Source: Marsupella aquatica (Eukaryota > Plantae > Marchantiophyta). Taken from it: DNA of 64,000 nt. This document shows positions 50,901 to 64,000 of this stretch, in pieces. The DNA is taken from NCBI GenBank assembly GCA_973895155.1, contig OZ316891.1, positions 27,441,561 to 27,505,560 on the forward strand, given 5' to 3'. Under the pieces are notes generated by a model. The model saw only the letters and a program-made list of their open reading frames with translations, was not told where the DNA came from and ran no database searches. The position numbers were made by a program, and so were the translations under genes. Positions within the stretch are counted from its first letter, which is position 1, and each line of letters opens with the position of its first letter.

Positions 50901-52219
50901 GGGCAATAACCTACACAGGAACCCACATGGGACAGATCAATCTTTTAGTGCATGCTAAGCTACGTTTAAACTGAGTGAGCTAGCATCAGATTTTGGGTCA
51001 TTGATCTTCGAGGATAACTGGCTTCGAATCAAGTTTAATTTTTGATCATAACCTCACAGTCACTGCTAGCACCGCTGCATGTCCGCCTAGATCAGGAACT
51101 CAATGACTCAGATGTGCTTTATTTGGATAGACTTCGTCCCAACTGGACGAAGTAAAAGATTTTTCCCAGGCCTAAAGGGCCCAAGGCACAATTTATGAAC
51201 ACTACAATAATGTATAGTCTCTAGGAAACAAAGTCTCCGCTACTGTTACACTTCGATTCTTGAATCTTGCTACTCTATGTATTAGGATTTGATCAGGACT
51301 GTCTAGCTCCACGGTGTTAAGGTTTTTTTTTGGGTCTTGAAAGTTTCAGACAAACCACCGGTGGACAGACAGTGCTTACTGGTGAATCTAGTGCACATGC
51401 AGGTGGCATGTTCAACCTAGATCGATGGTGTTAATCTGCACTTCTGCAGGTCTTTCTGACGAGGCAATTAATTCATCGCTGGCTCTTCATTCTAAGTCAA
51501 TACTTCAGCCTGTACGCCTTCTCTACAAGAGGGAAAACTCAGCCCCACCAACTGAGATTCCACCGCATAGAGTCGGGGTTTTGGATGCACAGGGCAGAGA
51601 CACTGTCCTCACAGCCTGCTAGTGACTTGGCCGTGTTTCGGCAATGAGTGGAAGGATGACACCCGTTTGCTGGAGACTAGCACACCGCATCTGCGTGAGA
51701 TTCAAGGGCCCTATTACGAACAACCATGCACAAAATTAATGGGCGTCGGAGTTCCCGTCACAGTTGCATTGGCACCCCGACCTCAGGACAATCTGGTAAA
51801 CCACCTCGATCCCATTTTGGGCGGCAATGGAGAATTGCTCTGGCAACTTGTTTATAGGGTCCCGGACCATGGAGCATTCAAGAATGTCCTAGTTACCACA
51901 ACAGGACCCGCTCACCTGGTGCACTCGGTGCAGCCTGAACCAGCATGAGGATCTGATATATGCATTGCATTTGCCGCTCACGTAATGCATTTGGTGCAGC
52001 ATGAACAAGCTCTTTACACAAATGAGGGTCTTAATTAGCTCTCCTTCATTTTGCGTTGAATTTCGACACAACTGAACTGCTGTGCCCTGCTTGGTTGCTT
52101 TTGTGGTGAGTGTGACAATGGATTTAATTTCTATCTACAAATTAAATGGGTTACGTGTGCGAATACATGTACTTCACATTGGTTGCCGTGATGGCTGAGG
52201 CTTGCTCTTGTGAGCTTCG

Positions 52220-52224
<5 letters not shown>

Positions 52225-52305
<81 letters not shown>
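52225..52305. repeat. (CT)n microsatellite, ~40 units
   Basis: Direct inspection. Confidence 0.98.
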
Positions 52306-52308
<3 letters not shown>

Positions 52309-54890
52309 GAACCTGGAACAACGACTTTGTCATCCAATTTGGCTTTTTAGGTGAATTGTTTACAGGTGACTGTTGCGTCTCTCTCTCTCTCAGTGAACCT
52401 TGAACCGCGACTTTGTCATCCAGTTTGGCTAGTTGGGTGAAGTGTTGACAGTATATATCCCGTTGCCTCTCTCTCTCTCTGGAACAGCTGTCTTCGTAGT
52501 AGCCTTCACGTTCCAACTTTTAGTGTAGTAAGTTGTAGACGCAAGGATAGTTGGACTAACGATTGCCTGTCTCGTGCCATCGTATTTGTGGACACAACAG
52601 AAAAAAGCTTTGTACAGGGGAGCTTAATTGCAAGTTTACCGGAGCAGATCATTGATTGCTTGCCGTTCGGACATGTACATTACTGGTACCAGGAGCGTTC
52701 ATTCGGGGACTGAATCAGCAATTAGAACCAATCAGGCAAGTACAATCATGTGAGGACGCCACTACTGTTCTACAATTCGGATTTGCTACAATACCGCATA
52801 CCATTTCCGAGGTAAATTTGATTCAGATACTCGTGAGTCTTGCCAGGAGTAAAGATTCTTCCAGATAGTCAACCATTGATAATCAACCATCAATGCTCGA
52901 TTATCTGGAAGAATCCCAACTCCTGGTATAATCACCAAGAGTTGCCCGTCCAACTTCTGGAAGCTCTCGGACTGTTTTTAGACAGCTATTCGCATTATTT
53001 ACCTTTAGAGGTGAGAAATGCATTAGACGCGGACAGAAACGACTGATCTGCTAAAATTCAAGCATGGAACGTGCAGCCAAGTCAAAGCTTTACTCCCCAC
53101 CAAGAGCATTTTGTGATTCTATCCGAGCTGGAATAGGATTTCCGAGGTAACTTTCATTGTCTTCTTCACAACCCGCTTCACAACCCCGTTCAGAGCACGT
53201 AGAACAGACTCTCCATCCCAACCAACTGCCAATCACACCAGCTACAAACTCTTTACATACAGAGCTCTAAGACAGTCATCTCCAAACTGTTTTCCTGTTG
53301 CTCCCATCAAGGATATAGAGGTATATCCTTGATTAGACCTCTGCCAAAACAAATTTACATTGAGATGACGGAACCATATTGGACGCCCTTGAGGCTGACC
53401 ATTATACTGAAGGGGAGGTGCAAGCATGGGAGAGGCATACGGGTGTGGCGTTAGACTGGACTGCACCCATAGTCAGGCTTCACACCTGTGAGTCGGGACA
53501 ACTCGAAATGCAAATCAGATCTGTGTGTGGGGTGAGCGTAGTGGTGGGCCTATTGGTTTGTGCGGAACTTTTGTGTTGTGTAGTATTGGTTTCTCCTCAG
53601 CCCAATTTGGGACCTTAGTTGGTTTAATTTTCTCTCCCTCCTTGGTCTGGGTCCAACCCAATTTGGTACCTTGGTTTAACTTTCTCTCACTCCTTGGTTC
53701 GGGTCCTGTCAGATCCCTGGGTATCATCCCAATCTAGCTATCCTACAAAGGCGCATGCTTTGGAGTACTAGTCTATTGTTGGATGGGTCTGTTTTTGGTT
53801 AAGGCAAAAATTATAATTTTGTGGAAAGAACAAACAAATGATAAGTTAGTAGTACTTCAGTAGAAAATGTGGATCCCATTTCATATTCATCCTCAGTTTC
53901 TGTTATACTCACTACTCGAGTCCCTTGAATGAGTTCACAAAAGTGAAGAAAAACTTTATGTGCAAGCTTGTTCTTACATAGTTTTTGGGAAGGTGTCCAC
54001 ATGGAGATCTTTGATTGGTCTGTATGTAATTAAAAAAATTGACCCATGTTGGTATTTGACCCAAAATATTGTGGGAATGGATATAGGAAGTGTTAATATG
54101 GCGGGGGGGGGGGGGGGACTACCACATGGGATCCGAGGATCTCATATTGTATTCAAAGCCTAATATCGAGTTGTTTGTAGGAATTAATACATTATTATTC
54201 ACCCTTGGTTTGAGAGGGTCGATTTTGGACCTGTTCAGAAAATGGGATCCATGGATCCTTGTTGGTATTTAATTAAACCTCAATTTCCAGGCGTGCGGAG
54301 CGGCGATCGAGTATTTTGAGGTTGAATACCAGATTGGATACTTGGATCTAACTTCATATTAAAAAATTGTGTTCCGGCCCCAAGATGCGCTTGGGTTAAC
54401 TTTACTGACTGTGAGAATCAACTGTGGTTTGGAGGAAATGTTTTGTGGTAGGTGTTTTTACGCTTAGTAAATATTCAAATCTGGTTTACCCTTTCTGGTA
54501 AATGTGTCTGCCAAACGGTTGACTTGGCATGTTTTTGATTAATTTTCTTTGAATGAACGCAAAGTGGGATACGAGGTATCCCATTTTGTTTGGCATACTT
54601 GATTGACGATCGACATTTTTTGTTTTTGGTGTGTTTTGAGACACCTTGATTCAACTTTCAAACAGAGGACTTGGAAATTGTTGTTTTAGGCATTTTTGAG
54701 TTTTTCCTCATTTTAGGGATGAACTGTTAGGAAATTATAAATGATAGAGATTTGCCAATTTTAATTAGAAAGTATGCCGAGTTGGAATCCGATGTTGGAT
54801 CCAATTTTGGATTCTTACTAGAATTCATATTTTTAAGATAAATTTATGGGATTTTTCCCTGTTTTCGGAAAAATCCAAAACACAGTTCTT

Positions 54891-55160
54891 GTTGGGTGGT
54901 CTCACTTCCCGTTTGGTGTGTTTAGTGACATTTTATTGGTTCTAAGGGAAGACTGAAGAATTTTTGTAGAAACACAATATGGGCTTTTAAATCCAATTTT
55001 GAGACTTATAAAAACATTAGAGTTTTTTTAATCAAAATTTTGGAATATGATTCCAACTTTATAGGGGTTAATAAACAATTTTATTTCTTACATTTTAGGG
55101 GGTCCAAGGCCTACAAAAGTAGCAGGTGATAGGGAGGTCCCATGTAATGAGACCCCCAAG
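54891..55160. mobile_element. Diverged copy of the 297-bp MITE
   Basis: Colinear similarity to 25597-25893 (cattttattggttctaagggaagact..ccaactttataggggtt..cattttaggggg..tgagacccc); TIRs degenerate. Confidence 0.85.
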
Positions 55161-57071
55161 AAATTAGCCACACTTGCCTAAAAGACAATGGTCTTTGAAA
55201 AATATGCTGGACAGGTCTCCCTAAATCTTTGCGATTCCTTTGGTCAGGTTAGGATTTTCCTCTACAGGGCAATCTGTCCCCCCCCCCTTCTTTTCCACCT
55301 CCCTATTCCCAGGCGGTTTGGACTGTGTTGCCCTTTCTCCTTCCTCTATGGGTGTGCTCCCCCTCTCAGCCCCCTTAATTCTGTTTTGCTTCTGCTGCCT
55401 GCCCCCTCTAGGCGGTTTGTATTGTTTTGGTTCCTGGGAATACATTTTTGCAGGGCTCCTTCTCCTTTAAAAAATTTAAAAAATTTAAAAATCAATCTTT
55501 TTGCATGATCCAATTGAGTCAATTTTGCTCACGGTCAAACAAAATAAAATCTTAAAAAATACGCTGGACCGGTCTCCCTTAATCTTTCTGCGTTATCCAT
55601 TTGTGTCAATTTTGGTCACACAGTCAGATGAAATAATTGCACTCAACATGTTTTGGTGTCAAAAGGTTATTGTCATTTCAGGTGGATTAATCCTGTCCAT
55701 TGGTAATGTGTCCTTTGCATTGGTTTATTGTGATAAGGTACCTTTTGCACGTTTGTAAAGGCAGGTCGATGTACATAAGCACAGGTCCACGTCACTAAAC
55801 AACAAATACATAAGCACATTTTTGTCTATAAGAGTCCACATGCATTAATCAATTACTGCAACACATATGCTAGAAGCATTTAATGATAAGTGCATTGGAC
55901 AACTACAGTACACATGGTAGTCTCATGCACTTATTCTGTTGAATGAATGGTGCGGTGTGAGGATTCCGGGTGTGAGGAGCCAGATGCATATGACCTGAAA
56001 AGATGCTTGCAACAGTGCATCAGTGATTTCACTTGCACATATGGAGAAGTGCATTAATGACACCCAAGCCTAGACCCGAGCACTTATGGCATAGTGCATA
56101 GTGTGTATAAGTGCAGGCTTGGGGTGTCTTCCCGGGAGCCTGCACTTTGACACGGTAGACTGTATGCTATTTCCCCTTCATCTTTACCCCCATCCCTGGA
56201 ATGCATTTCACTTTCAGTTTGTCCTTATTTGTTTAATTTGTCTTTATCTAAAGTGACTGTGTAGGCTTCTCTCCAGAAGTCTAGACCCTAACTCGAGATT
56301 TTAGTCATAGATTTTTGCCTATGATGCGCCTCAAACAGGACATTACTATAAAGAGATTTTTGTTTTTTCCAATTATTAGTGAAACTAGAGGAGAATCTTC
56401 CTAACAAGGTGTTTTAATGGTGACTGGGCATCCTTCTAGCTCCCATAATAAGCTGCAAAACTACCCTCCGTGCTAGCAACCTGGGGGGTCACTTCCTTTT
56501 TACATATATAGCAATATATGTACTGTTAAGAGTGCATAGTGCCTCCCCCCAAAATGAGAATTTCAGTTTTGAGGGGCTATTGTTGCCCCATAATGCTCCT
56601 GAGCAGGACCTTACTATAAAGATATTTTCATTTTTTTCCCAATTTTAGTGAAACCAGAGGAGACTCTTCCTAATAAGGTGATCCAAACCTTGTCTCTGCA
56701 TTCTCCCAGAATGTCAGGTAGCTGCAAAACTTCCCTACTGTACTAGCAACCTGGGGGTTACTTCCAAAAACTTACATATGACTTTAGTGGTGTCCCTTGA
56801 AGAGAGTCACTGTACTAAAAACCTTGGGGTGCCACTTCCAAAAAACTAAACATATAGTAATCCATACAGTAATGTCCTTTGTAGAGGGCAGTGTGGGATA
56901 TAATGCCCCCCAAAATGAACTTCCAGTTTTGAAGGGCTATATTGCTCATAATGGTATGGGAAAACAGATCCTTACTTTAAGAAGATGTTAAGATATTTCA
57001 ACTAATATTAGTGCCTGTAGGAGAATCTTCCTAGATCTTGAATTTAATTGTAATAACTTGATATTCAATGT

Positions 57072-57133
57072 ATTTGGTGAGATGGTGAATCATGTAATTC
57101 AAGGCCTTCACATGATTCACCATCTCACCAAAT
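57072..57133. other. Perfect 24-bp stem hairpin with 14-nt loop
   Basis: atttggtgagatggtgaatcatgt (57072-57095) is the exact reverse complement of 57110-57133. Confidence 0.9.
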
Positions 57134-59427
57134 GTCGATCAATGATTGGTGGTTTTTGGAGCTTTTTATTCCTTCGAAAGTAGTGGGCTAATTGGATGGG
57201 TGCATTTGCACAGGATATAAAACCAATTCATAAGATGAACCCTCCCTTAGATAGAGGAAGGTGGAGCAATAGTGTAATCATGGAATCCAATTTGCTCTCG
57301 CTTTCGACGCTGGGTCGCTTTTGGAACGTGAAGTGGGGAACACGACATCCAATTTGTCTTCACTCTCCTTCGGCGCCCACTTTTGGAAGGGCATCACTTT
57401 TTTGCCTTGAAATACCAAATGAATGCCATTCAAAGTCACCGGATGGTAGCACCTCGACCTTCGGTCCACTTGGGTTTTGCCTGTTGGGGCTTGCCGGTTT
57501 ATGTTTGGGGAATGGCATCACTTTGGACAAACAGGAAGCATTATGAACAACTCACAGCTCGAGTCAGACTCTCTTACTGTGCAAAGCATGGAATTCAGAC
57601 CCTTTTCGGTTTCGCTGGGAGGGAAAAGGTTCACTGTCGTTGGACAGACTCGGGATATAGAGATACTTGAGATTTCGACTGGGATTGACGTGCGCAAAAG
57701 AGCGATTCTTTCTATGGGACAACCAGCGCGTGAGATGACTGTCATCGAAAAGTTATGTTCTCGTCACCCGTTTTGTTTCCCTCTTGCACTCCCTCGATTT
57801 GTGTGTCTTATAATAACGAAGTTTCAGTTAAAACTTAAAGCTCTTTGGTGTTTCTTGTATCTTGCGGTTCTTGCCTTACCCGGGAGACCCGCCGTTGGAA
57901 AGTCCATCCATGCAGATTGGTACGTGGCTCATAGCTGCAGCAGCGAAATCTATGGAGATAAGGATGCAGCTAGTCTAGTGGCAGAACTACTGTAGCAAAG
58001 GTAGAGGAAGATGCTGAGATGCAGCAACAGTATGTTGAGTGAAGAAGTGGGATTCAAGCGAGGATTCAAGCGAGGATTCAAGTTGCTCTGCTCTCACTTT
58101 TGGAACATCACATGAAGGATGCAAACTTTGCATAACATCCAGACCCTCCGCTACTTCACTAGCTAGCAGGAAACGCTTTCACTGTTGTCCACAGAGACGC
58201 AGGAACTAAACTCGATTAAGATATTGTCAGGAATAGAATACTGCAGCTAGCGCAGAAGAGCGACTCACTTCTACGAGAGTAACGTGTTCAGTATTTAAGA
58301 TTGTTCTGTAGCTCCTTTGGATTGTAGTGATTATTGACCGGAAACTGGAACAGCCAGTTCCCATCTAGAATCGAAAAGAGTTTGTGTGAGTTTGTGTGTT
58401 ACTAGAAGCGTCTGAACCCCACTTTTGGGGGATTATGTGTGTAAGCTCTTTTTGAATCAAACTCAACTTATGACTAATAAGAGCCGTCTGAACCCCACTT
58501 TTGGGGCGGGTGAATGTTAAAAAGCTCACAGTGAGATTCGGAACCCAACACCGTAGAGTTCCCACTCTTCTGAGTTAACCGGTAACCCATGGACTGCCGA
58601 TGCACAGAAGCGCATTCTTTACGTATTTGTTTTAAAGTCTGCAGGCAACTACTGGCTACCGGCAGCTACGGGCTAACGGAGGAGGCGCAACGCGACACCG
58701 TTTAATGCGAAACTCGTGATTTGTAGAAGGAAATGAAGAGCGGATTTGCCAAAGGCTGGGACACTTAGTTCGGTGGGACAGTCTGCGTGTGAGATGAGTC
58801 TAGTTTCTCAAATTCTTGGTATTCATTGAATGTGTCCTCGTCATCCTTTTGTCTCCCGATCTTCGTCTGACAGCGTAAATTGAAAGAAAAGAAAACTTAA
58901 CTCTAGACAACTGCGAGGCAAATTGATCGAGCAGAAATTTGTCCTTGAGGGGCGGATCTAGAGAGACACGGATCTAGAGAGACACCTCCGAGTAAGGCCG
59001 AATCTTATTGTTCAGGAGCGAGAGCAGACTTGAAAATGTGTTAGGGAGCGGAAACATTGCATTATCGAATGGAATGGAAAGGTTTGTATGCTTTCCGAAA
59101 AGCTAGCTTGAATAGCTAAAATGCAGGCGCTTGAGCATATTAGCATATATTAATTAGCCCTCGTTGGCTGCTGTAAGAGTTCACGACGAAGTTATAGGCT
59201 CGAGGCAACAGCAAAGGAGAACACCTTTCAGGACCCACAGCAAAGTCCTCCAAATTGTGATAGAACATGAGAAATCCGGTGCGGTCTGTAAGTCGGAACT
59301 GCCGAATCAAGGTGGTCCTTTAGGATCCCCCGAGGTTGAGCAAATGTAATAGATAGAATCGAGCTGATGATTGAATCAAACCGCAGCCCCGATCGATATT
59401 GTCTTAAGCCCTGCAATATCAGAATCA

Positions 59428-60354
59428 TCATTGCAAATTTACAAACAGTCCCCCGTCGACAAGCAACTGCGCCCCATTCACATACCCACTCAACTCCTCG
59501 CATGCTAAAAACACTGCCGGCCCAGCCAAATCCTTCGGCTCCCCCATCCTCCCTAGTGGGATCCTGTTCTCCATATGTCTCCTGTTCTCCTCATTCGATA
59601 GATGCTCCTCATTTAACCTCGTCCGAATCGTGCCGGGCAACAAAGCATTGCATCTGATCTTGTACTTGCCCAGCGCCACGGCCATACTCTGCATCAGGGA
59701 CAGTACGCCGGCTTTAGTCGGCGTGTAATGCGTTTGTAGACCTCCACCGACGAGTGCGCTGATCGACGAGATGCCGATTATCGAGCCACCGCACCCTTGC
59801 TTGGCCATTTGGCGGGCGGCTGCTTGGCAGGCGTAAAAGGCGCCATTGAGATTGACGCGCACCGTGGAGGAGAAGAGGTCATGGTCGAGTCTGTGCAGGG
59901 TCGATCAATCATCAACAGGCGATTCAAGTAAGTTTCAGAGGATCGAGCTAGATCTATGAATCCATCACGAAAGTCTCGAGCAATCAGGAAGAACGAAAAC
60001 TTACTCCAAAAACTCAGCAAACTTGAGCACCCCCGCATTGCTTACAAAGACATCTAACCTCCCCCATTTGTCCACCGCCTTCTCAACCAGGTGTCTTCCT
60101 GTCTCTGGATTCGTCACGTCACCCTGCACTTCGATCAACTCGCCCGCATCCTTATCTTCAGATTTCAGCGCCGCTGCTTCGGCTAGCAGTGATTCCTTGT
60201 GATCTATGTCGGACGCAAGGCCCAGATGGTTGACGGCAATGTTGCACCCTTGCCGCACGTATTCCAGGGCAATTGCTCGGCCGATGCCGGTTGTGCCACC
60301 AGTTATGGCGGCGGTTTTTCCCGCTAGGAGATGCGAGTGAGAGGGTGCCATCAT
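59428..60354 (-). CDS. Short-chain dehydrogenase, fungal-type L-rhamnose-1-dehydrogenase (RHA1/LRA1-like), 2 exons, ~270 aa
   Basis: Exons 60354-60005 and 59890-59428 (GT-AG, in frame). Motifs TGGTTGIG, NAG, SSISALVGGGLQTHYTPTKAG (YxxxK), RCNALLPGTIRT and C-terminal GAQLLVDGGLFVNLQ. Confidence 0.88.
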
Positions 60355-63300
60355 GATCGAACAGAATCTGAGAGTGATTTTACTTGAAGAAAGGTCTCTC
60401 AAGAGATGTCAATTTTCACTCCGTAAAAGGTTTAATTCCAAATTCCTCATCTTTCCATGGAGCAGGTTTTCTTCTTTCTGGAGTGATTTCATTTCAAAGA
60501 CCCTAGACTCTCCATTGGTCTGCTGTTGAGTAGTAGGTTTTCCATCTGCCACTCCTGTAGTTCAGGAGAATCATGAATGTCCACGATCAAAAAGCCTGCC
60601 TGGCAGCTAGCTTCGTGGGTTAAGTTCTGCAGCTTTCCTTGGCTATGATGTTGTGCTCAGACCGAACAAGATAGCTGACAGCGTAAGATAGCTGACAACT
60701 TATGTGACGAGGTGACACGCCCAGCAGATTGTTTTTTTCTGTCGGGTAAATTAATCAATCTCCCGAAAACGATTTTCTTTTTTGTCTTCCTAAAGATTGC
60801 AGATGAGTTGATCGAACCCTGTCCTTTTGCTAGTCCTTTTGTAACGACATTATACCCAGATCGAGCAGTGGGCAGTTGAATGTTAAACTTCGGACGATTG
60901 CATGCTGCCGAGATTGAGGAGCTCTGGGGGATATCCTTTAGATGACATCGGAAAGAACAAAAGTAGACTGGAAGGGTGCGGATAACCCTCGATCTTGCTT
61001 GATACACCCTCGAGTGAGGACTGCTTCGTACAAAAGTTGCCTATTAATTACAAGTGGTCTAGCAAGCAGAGTCTCTATTGAGTGCAAATTCACTGAGAAC
61101 AATCCCGAGGCTCAACTACTGTCGAAACCTTCGAAAATCCATTTCAAATGCGTACGTACAACGAGAATTTCTTTCGGAGGAACTTATATGGATGCAAGAG
61201 CTTTGCGGCTTGATGGACTTAAGATTTGGATGCAGAAGCCTTGGGACTGGCAGGGCTGAGCCGCTTCTAATGCTGATCAAACATCTGCACCGAGTTCTGG
61301 CAGGCAAGGCTGGTGCTGAATCCAGTCTTTGAGTGAGGAGTAATTGACAGTAAGTTAATTCAGTAATCACTGGGATTTGATGGTCCGTACTTTTGTTAAT
61401 TAAAAGCAATTGATGGGCAAAAAGCTATATTTACCAATCATGGATGACGTGCACGCATCGTCAGACAGGCATGGGTTTTATTGACTGACCAAGTAGAAAT
61501 ACTCGGTCACTTCGAAGAATCCAGCTACAGATATGTACTGATCCAGACCTATACGGCCAGCGACCATCCACTTGGCAATTTTATACTGAAGCTTTGAATT
61601 GAAGACCTTGCACGATATTCTACCGTGCTACAAGTAGAATTGGAGTTTTCGTGTGATATTTCTTTAATCTGCCCCCTAACGAAGTGGCACTCAGGCACTT
61701 CTGCTCTTGAGGTTGACCCAGCTTAGTGGATCCGCAAGGGGTCTAATTTACTTTTTAAATCGGGTCTGGACGCTGCACTCCCAATTCAGATTGGACGCTG
61801 GGGTTCGGTTTTGGTTTCATAAAAAAGGGTCTGAGGCCTCTACCCAAAGGAGGATGGGAATTATTTTTGCATAGTGATTACATGTCTTGTAATATAATGA
61901 CTCATCTCATGCTGCGTTCCTATCGCTAGAGAAATTAGAAAATGCTGTGTAGCATTAAGTGGAGTGTCTAATGAATTCTATAGAAAGGACAGCTTTTGGC
62001 AAGATTCAAGTTCAGAAGACTATGTTGAAGAACATAACTCACCAGAAAACGTTCCTCTATGGATTGCAATTTTCCTGTTTGTGTTTGCAAGGACATGATG
62101 CAAAGTCAATTGAAGCGAAGGTGCATTACTACAAGTTAGGTCACACTGTTGAAGCAGAGACTTTATATTTCGGGTCCGTGATTTGTAGATGGAGAAGATG
62201 CTCTTTGTGAATTTTGATGATGAGCTTTCTCGACTTTGAAACACAGTCGTTAAGCCGGTTGTGATGAGCTGCGGCAAAGCTAGAAATACAGGTGGTGACT
62301 CAATCATAAAGAGATCATCCGCATCTAACAGAAACAGAAGGAAGCAGCTTCAGAGCCATGGAAGTCGTCCAATTTGGTTGGCTTATGGCAGATAGAAGAT
62401 TACCCTCTCCGAGTGGCAAGGATAATCTCCGTCTGGCAAAGTATTATCACAATCATTTCCTTCTTGAACAGAATGAAACTTAACGGTAGACAGATAGGTT
62501 GATAAAATTGCAGAAGGCTAAACATAAAGATCCCCTAAAGAAAATAACATGTCTTTAAGCATATATGTCACTAAAACGTAAACTGGTTCCTATTCTTAGT
62601 TTCCTAGGATATTTACTGAGGGACAATTGTTGAAATCCAGGTTGACATGGCTGCACAGAACAATGCCACTGTTCAGAAGAACTTTGATGGGCATGAAGGC
62701 ACAATCTTTCCTGTACTCTGCTTTCCAACGAGTCTGAAGAACCGAATTTGTACCTCCCATTGACAATAATTAGACAGAGAGATTCAAGAGCAGATGTGAC
62801 CATGAATTCGACAACCTACTATGTATCAGATTCGAAATTTTCACTTTGATGGGTGCAAGAAGGATGACGTTTCCGCTGTAGTCTGTCAGGACAAATCGAA
62901 AGCAACAGTAACGAAACTGGCATTTGAGCATAGGGAATCCAAACCTCCAGCACCAATATGGCTTATTAACAAGTAAAGTTAGTTAGCCTGAAGGTACACT
63001 AGTCTCTGACTTAATTGCCCGCTTTGTTATTCTTGATCATCTAGACATGCTCTGCGAGTCCTCACCCTTGTATAAAAACCGTACTTTCAGGTTTCTCTTT
63101 GACCGGTTTTGTGGCCAATTCTGTCTGGTTACCGTTTCCCTGTACTCCAATTTCCTCTATTTTATTTACACCGTCCTCGTATGAATCAGTATGTTTCCAA
63201 CTTTCTCTTTGACCAGTTGTGTGGCCAATCCTCTGGCAAATGTTGCTGTATACTTTAATTTTCCTCTACCTCATATTTTGCAATATGCTTTAATTTCCGT

Positions 63301-64000
63301 CTATCTGATCTTCTGCAGACACTTCTTGTTTGAATAGATTTCTTTGAAGTCATCACAGCAAGTTCTTACCGTTGTATGAAACACCACCTTGGCAGCTTTC
63401 TCTTTCATTGACCAGTTGTGATGCCAATCCTCTCTGGCAAGTGCTGCACTACGCTCCAGTTGTCCTCTTTCATGTTCTGTAGACACTTCAATCCTGTTTG
63501 AATCTAATTCTGTGAAGCCATTTCAGTTCGATCTGAGTTGATTCCGTTCGAATCAATGCAATGGTTTGGGATTTGATATACCTGGTTTTTTGAATTCAGT
63601 GGTTGATTACAGGCTTTCGGAAGCAAGAGGGAAAATTAACTCGGAAAATTAATTCGGAATATCCAGGAGTCGACTAATGTCATACATTTTCTACCTCCAC
63701 TAGCCCAATGCATCTGCATTCCACTGACAGAAGATGTCAAGGCGGGATCAAACAGAATTCCCATCTATAGTATTTGATCTCGGCCTTACTCAATTACAAA
63801 ACTACAATATCATGCTGTGTAGCCCAATGCCCGTCCATTGCAAGCATGCTATTATTGAGAGGGCGGGGTGAAAGACGAGTGACAGCGGCTAGGGTGTCTT
63901 GGGATCAGGCTTGAATGGTCACTTTGGGCTAAGATTGTGGAGAGAGCAAAGAAAACGCGATTGGCGAGAGCAAAGACAACGCCAGAAAGGGATTTGCTCC

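Noticed and set aside
52131-52337. ER-repeat ORF
   Set aside because: Translation of the (CT)n microsatellite.
63060-63500. Three degenerate ~110-bp repeats with coding-like look on -
   Set aside because: Stops in the frames I checked and no identifiable family.

Overview
Eukaryotic nuclear DNA from a land plant (GT-AG introns, a plastid-targeted ribosomal protein; a bryophyte such as a liverwort is my guess). The left ~13 kb holds ordinary host genes: the 3' part of plastid RPL10, a MOT2/MFSD5 molybdate transporter and an 8-exon GPN3. The centre (14778-37755) is one ~23 kb nested transposon complex. The outer element has 25-bp TIRs, a 4-bp TSD and a decayed DUF7869/Sola-like transposase. 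It carries an apparently intact 3-exon ParB-like + beta-class N6A/N4C DNA-methyltransferase-like gene, an FCP1/NIF phosphatase pseudogene and ~25 copies of a CG-containing pseudo-palindrome in its non-coding parts. Inserted in it is a 10.6 kb CACTA element (TIRs, AAA TSD) whose first transposase exon can splice in frame either to TnpD or to an intact SET-domain exon. A divergent TnpA-like gene in the CACTA element is interrupted by a 297-bp MITE with an 8-bp TSD. The right part has two 2OG-Fe(II) dioxygenase pseudogenes, assorted repeats/MITEs, a perfect 24-bp hairpin and an intact fungal-type L-rhamnose-1-dehydrogenase gene (HGT candidate). All domain calls come from motif recognition by eye, not database searches.
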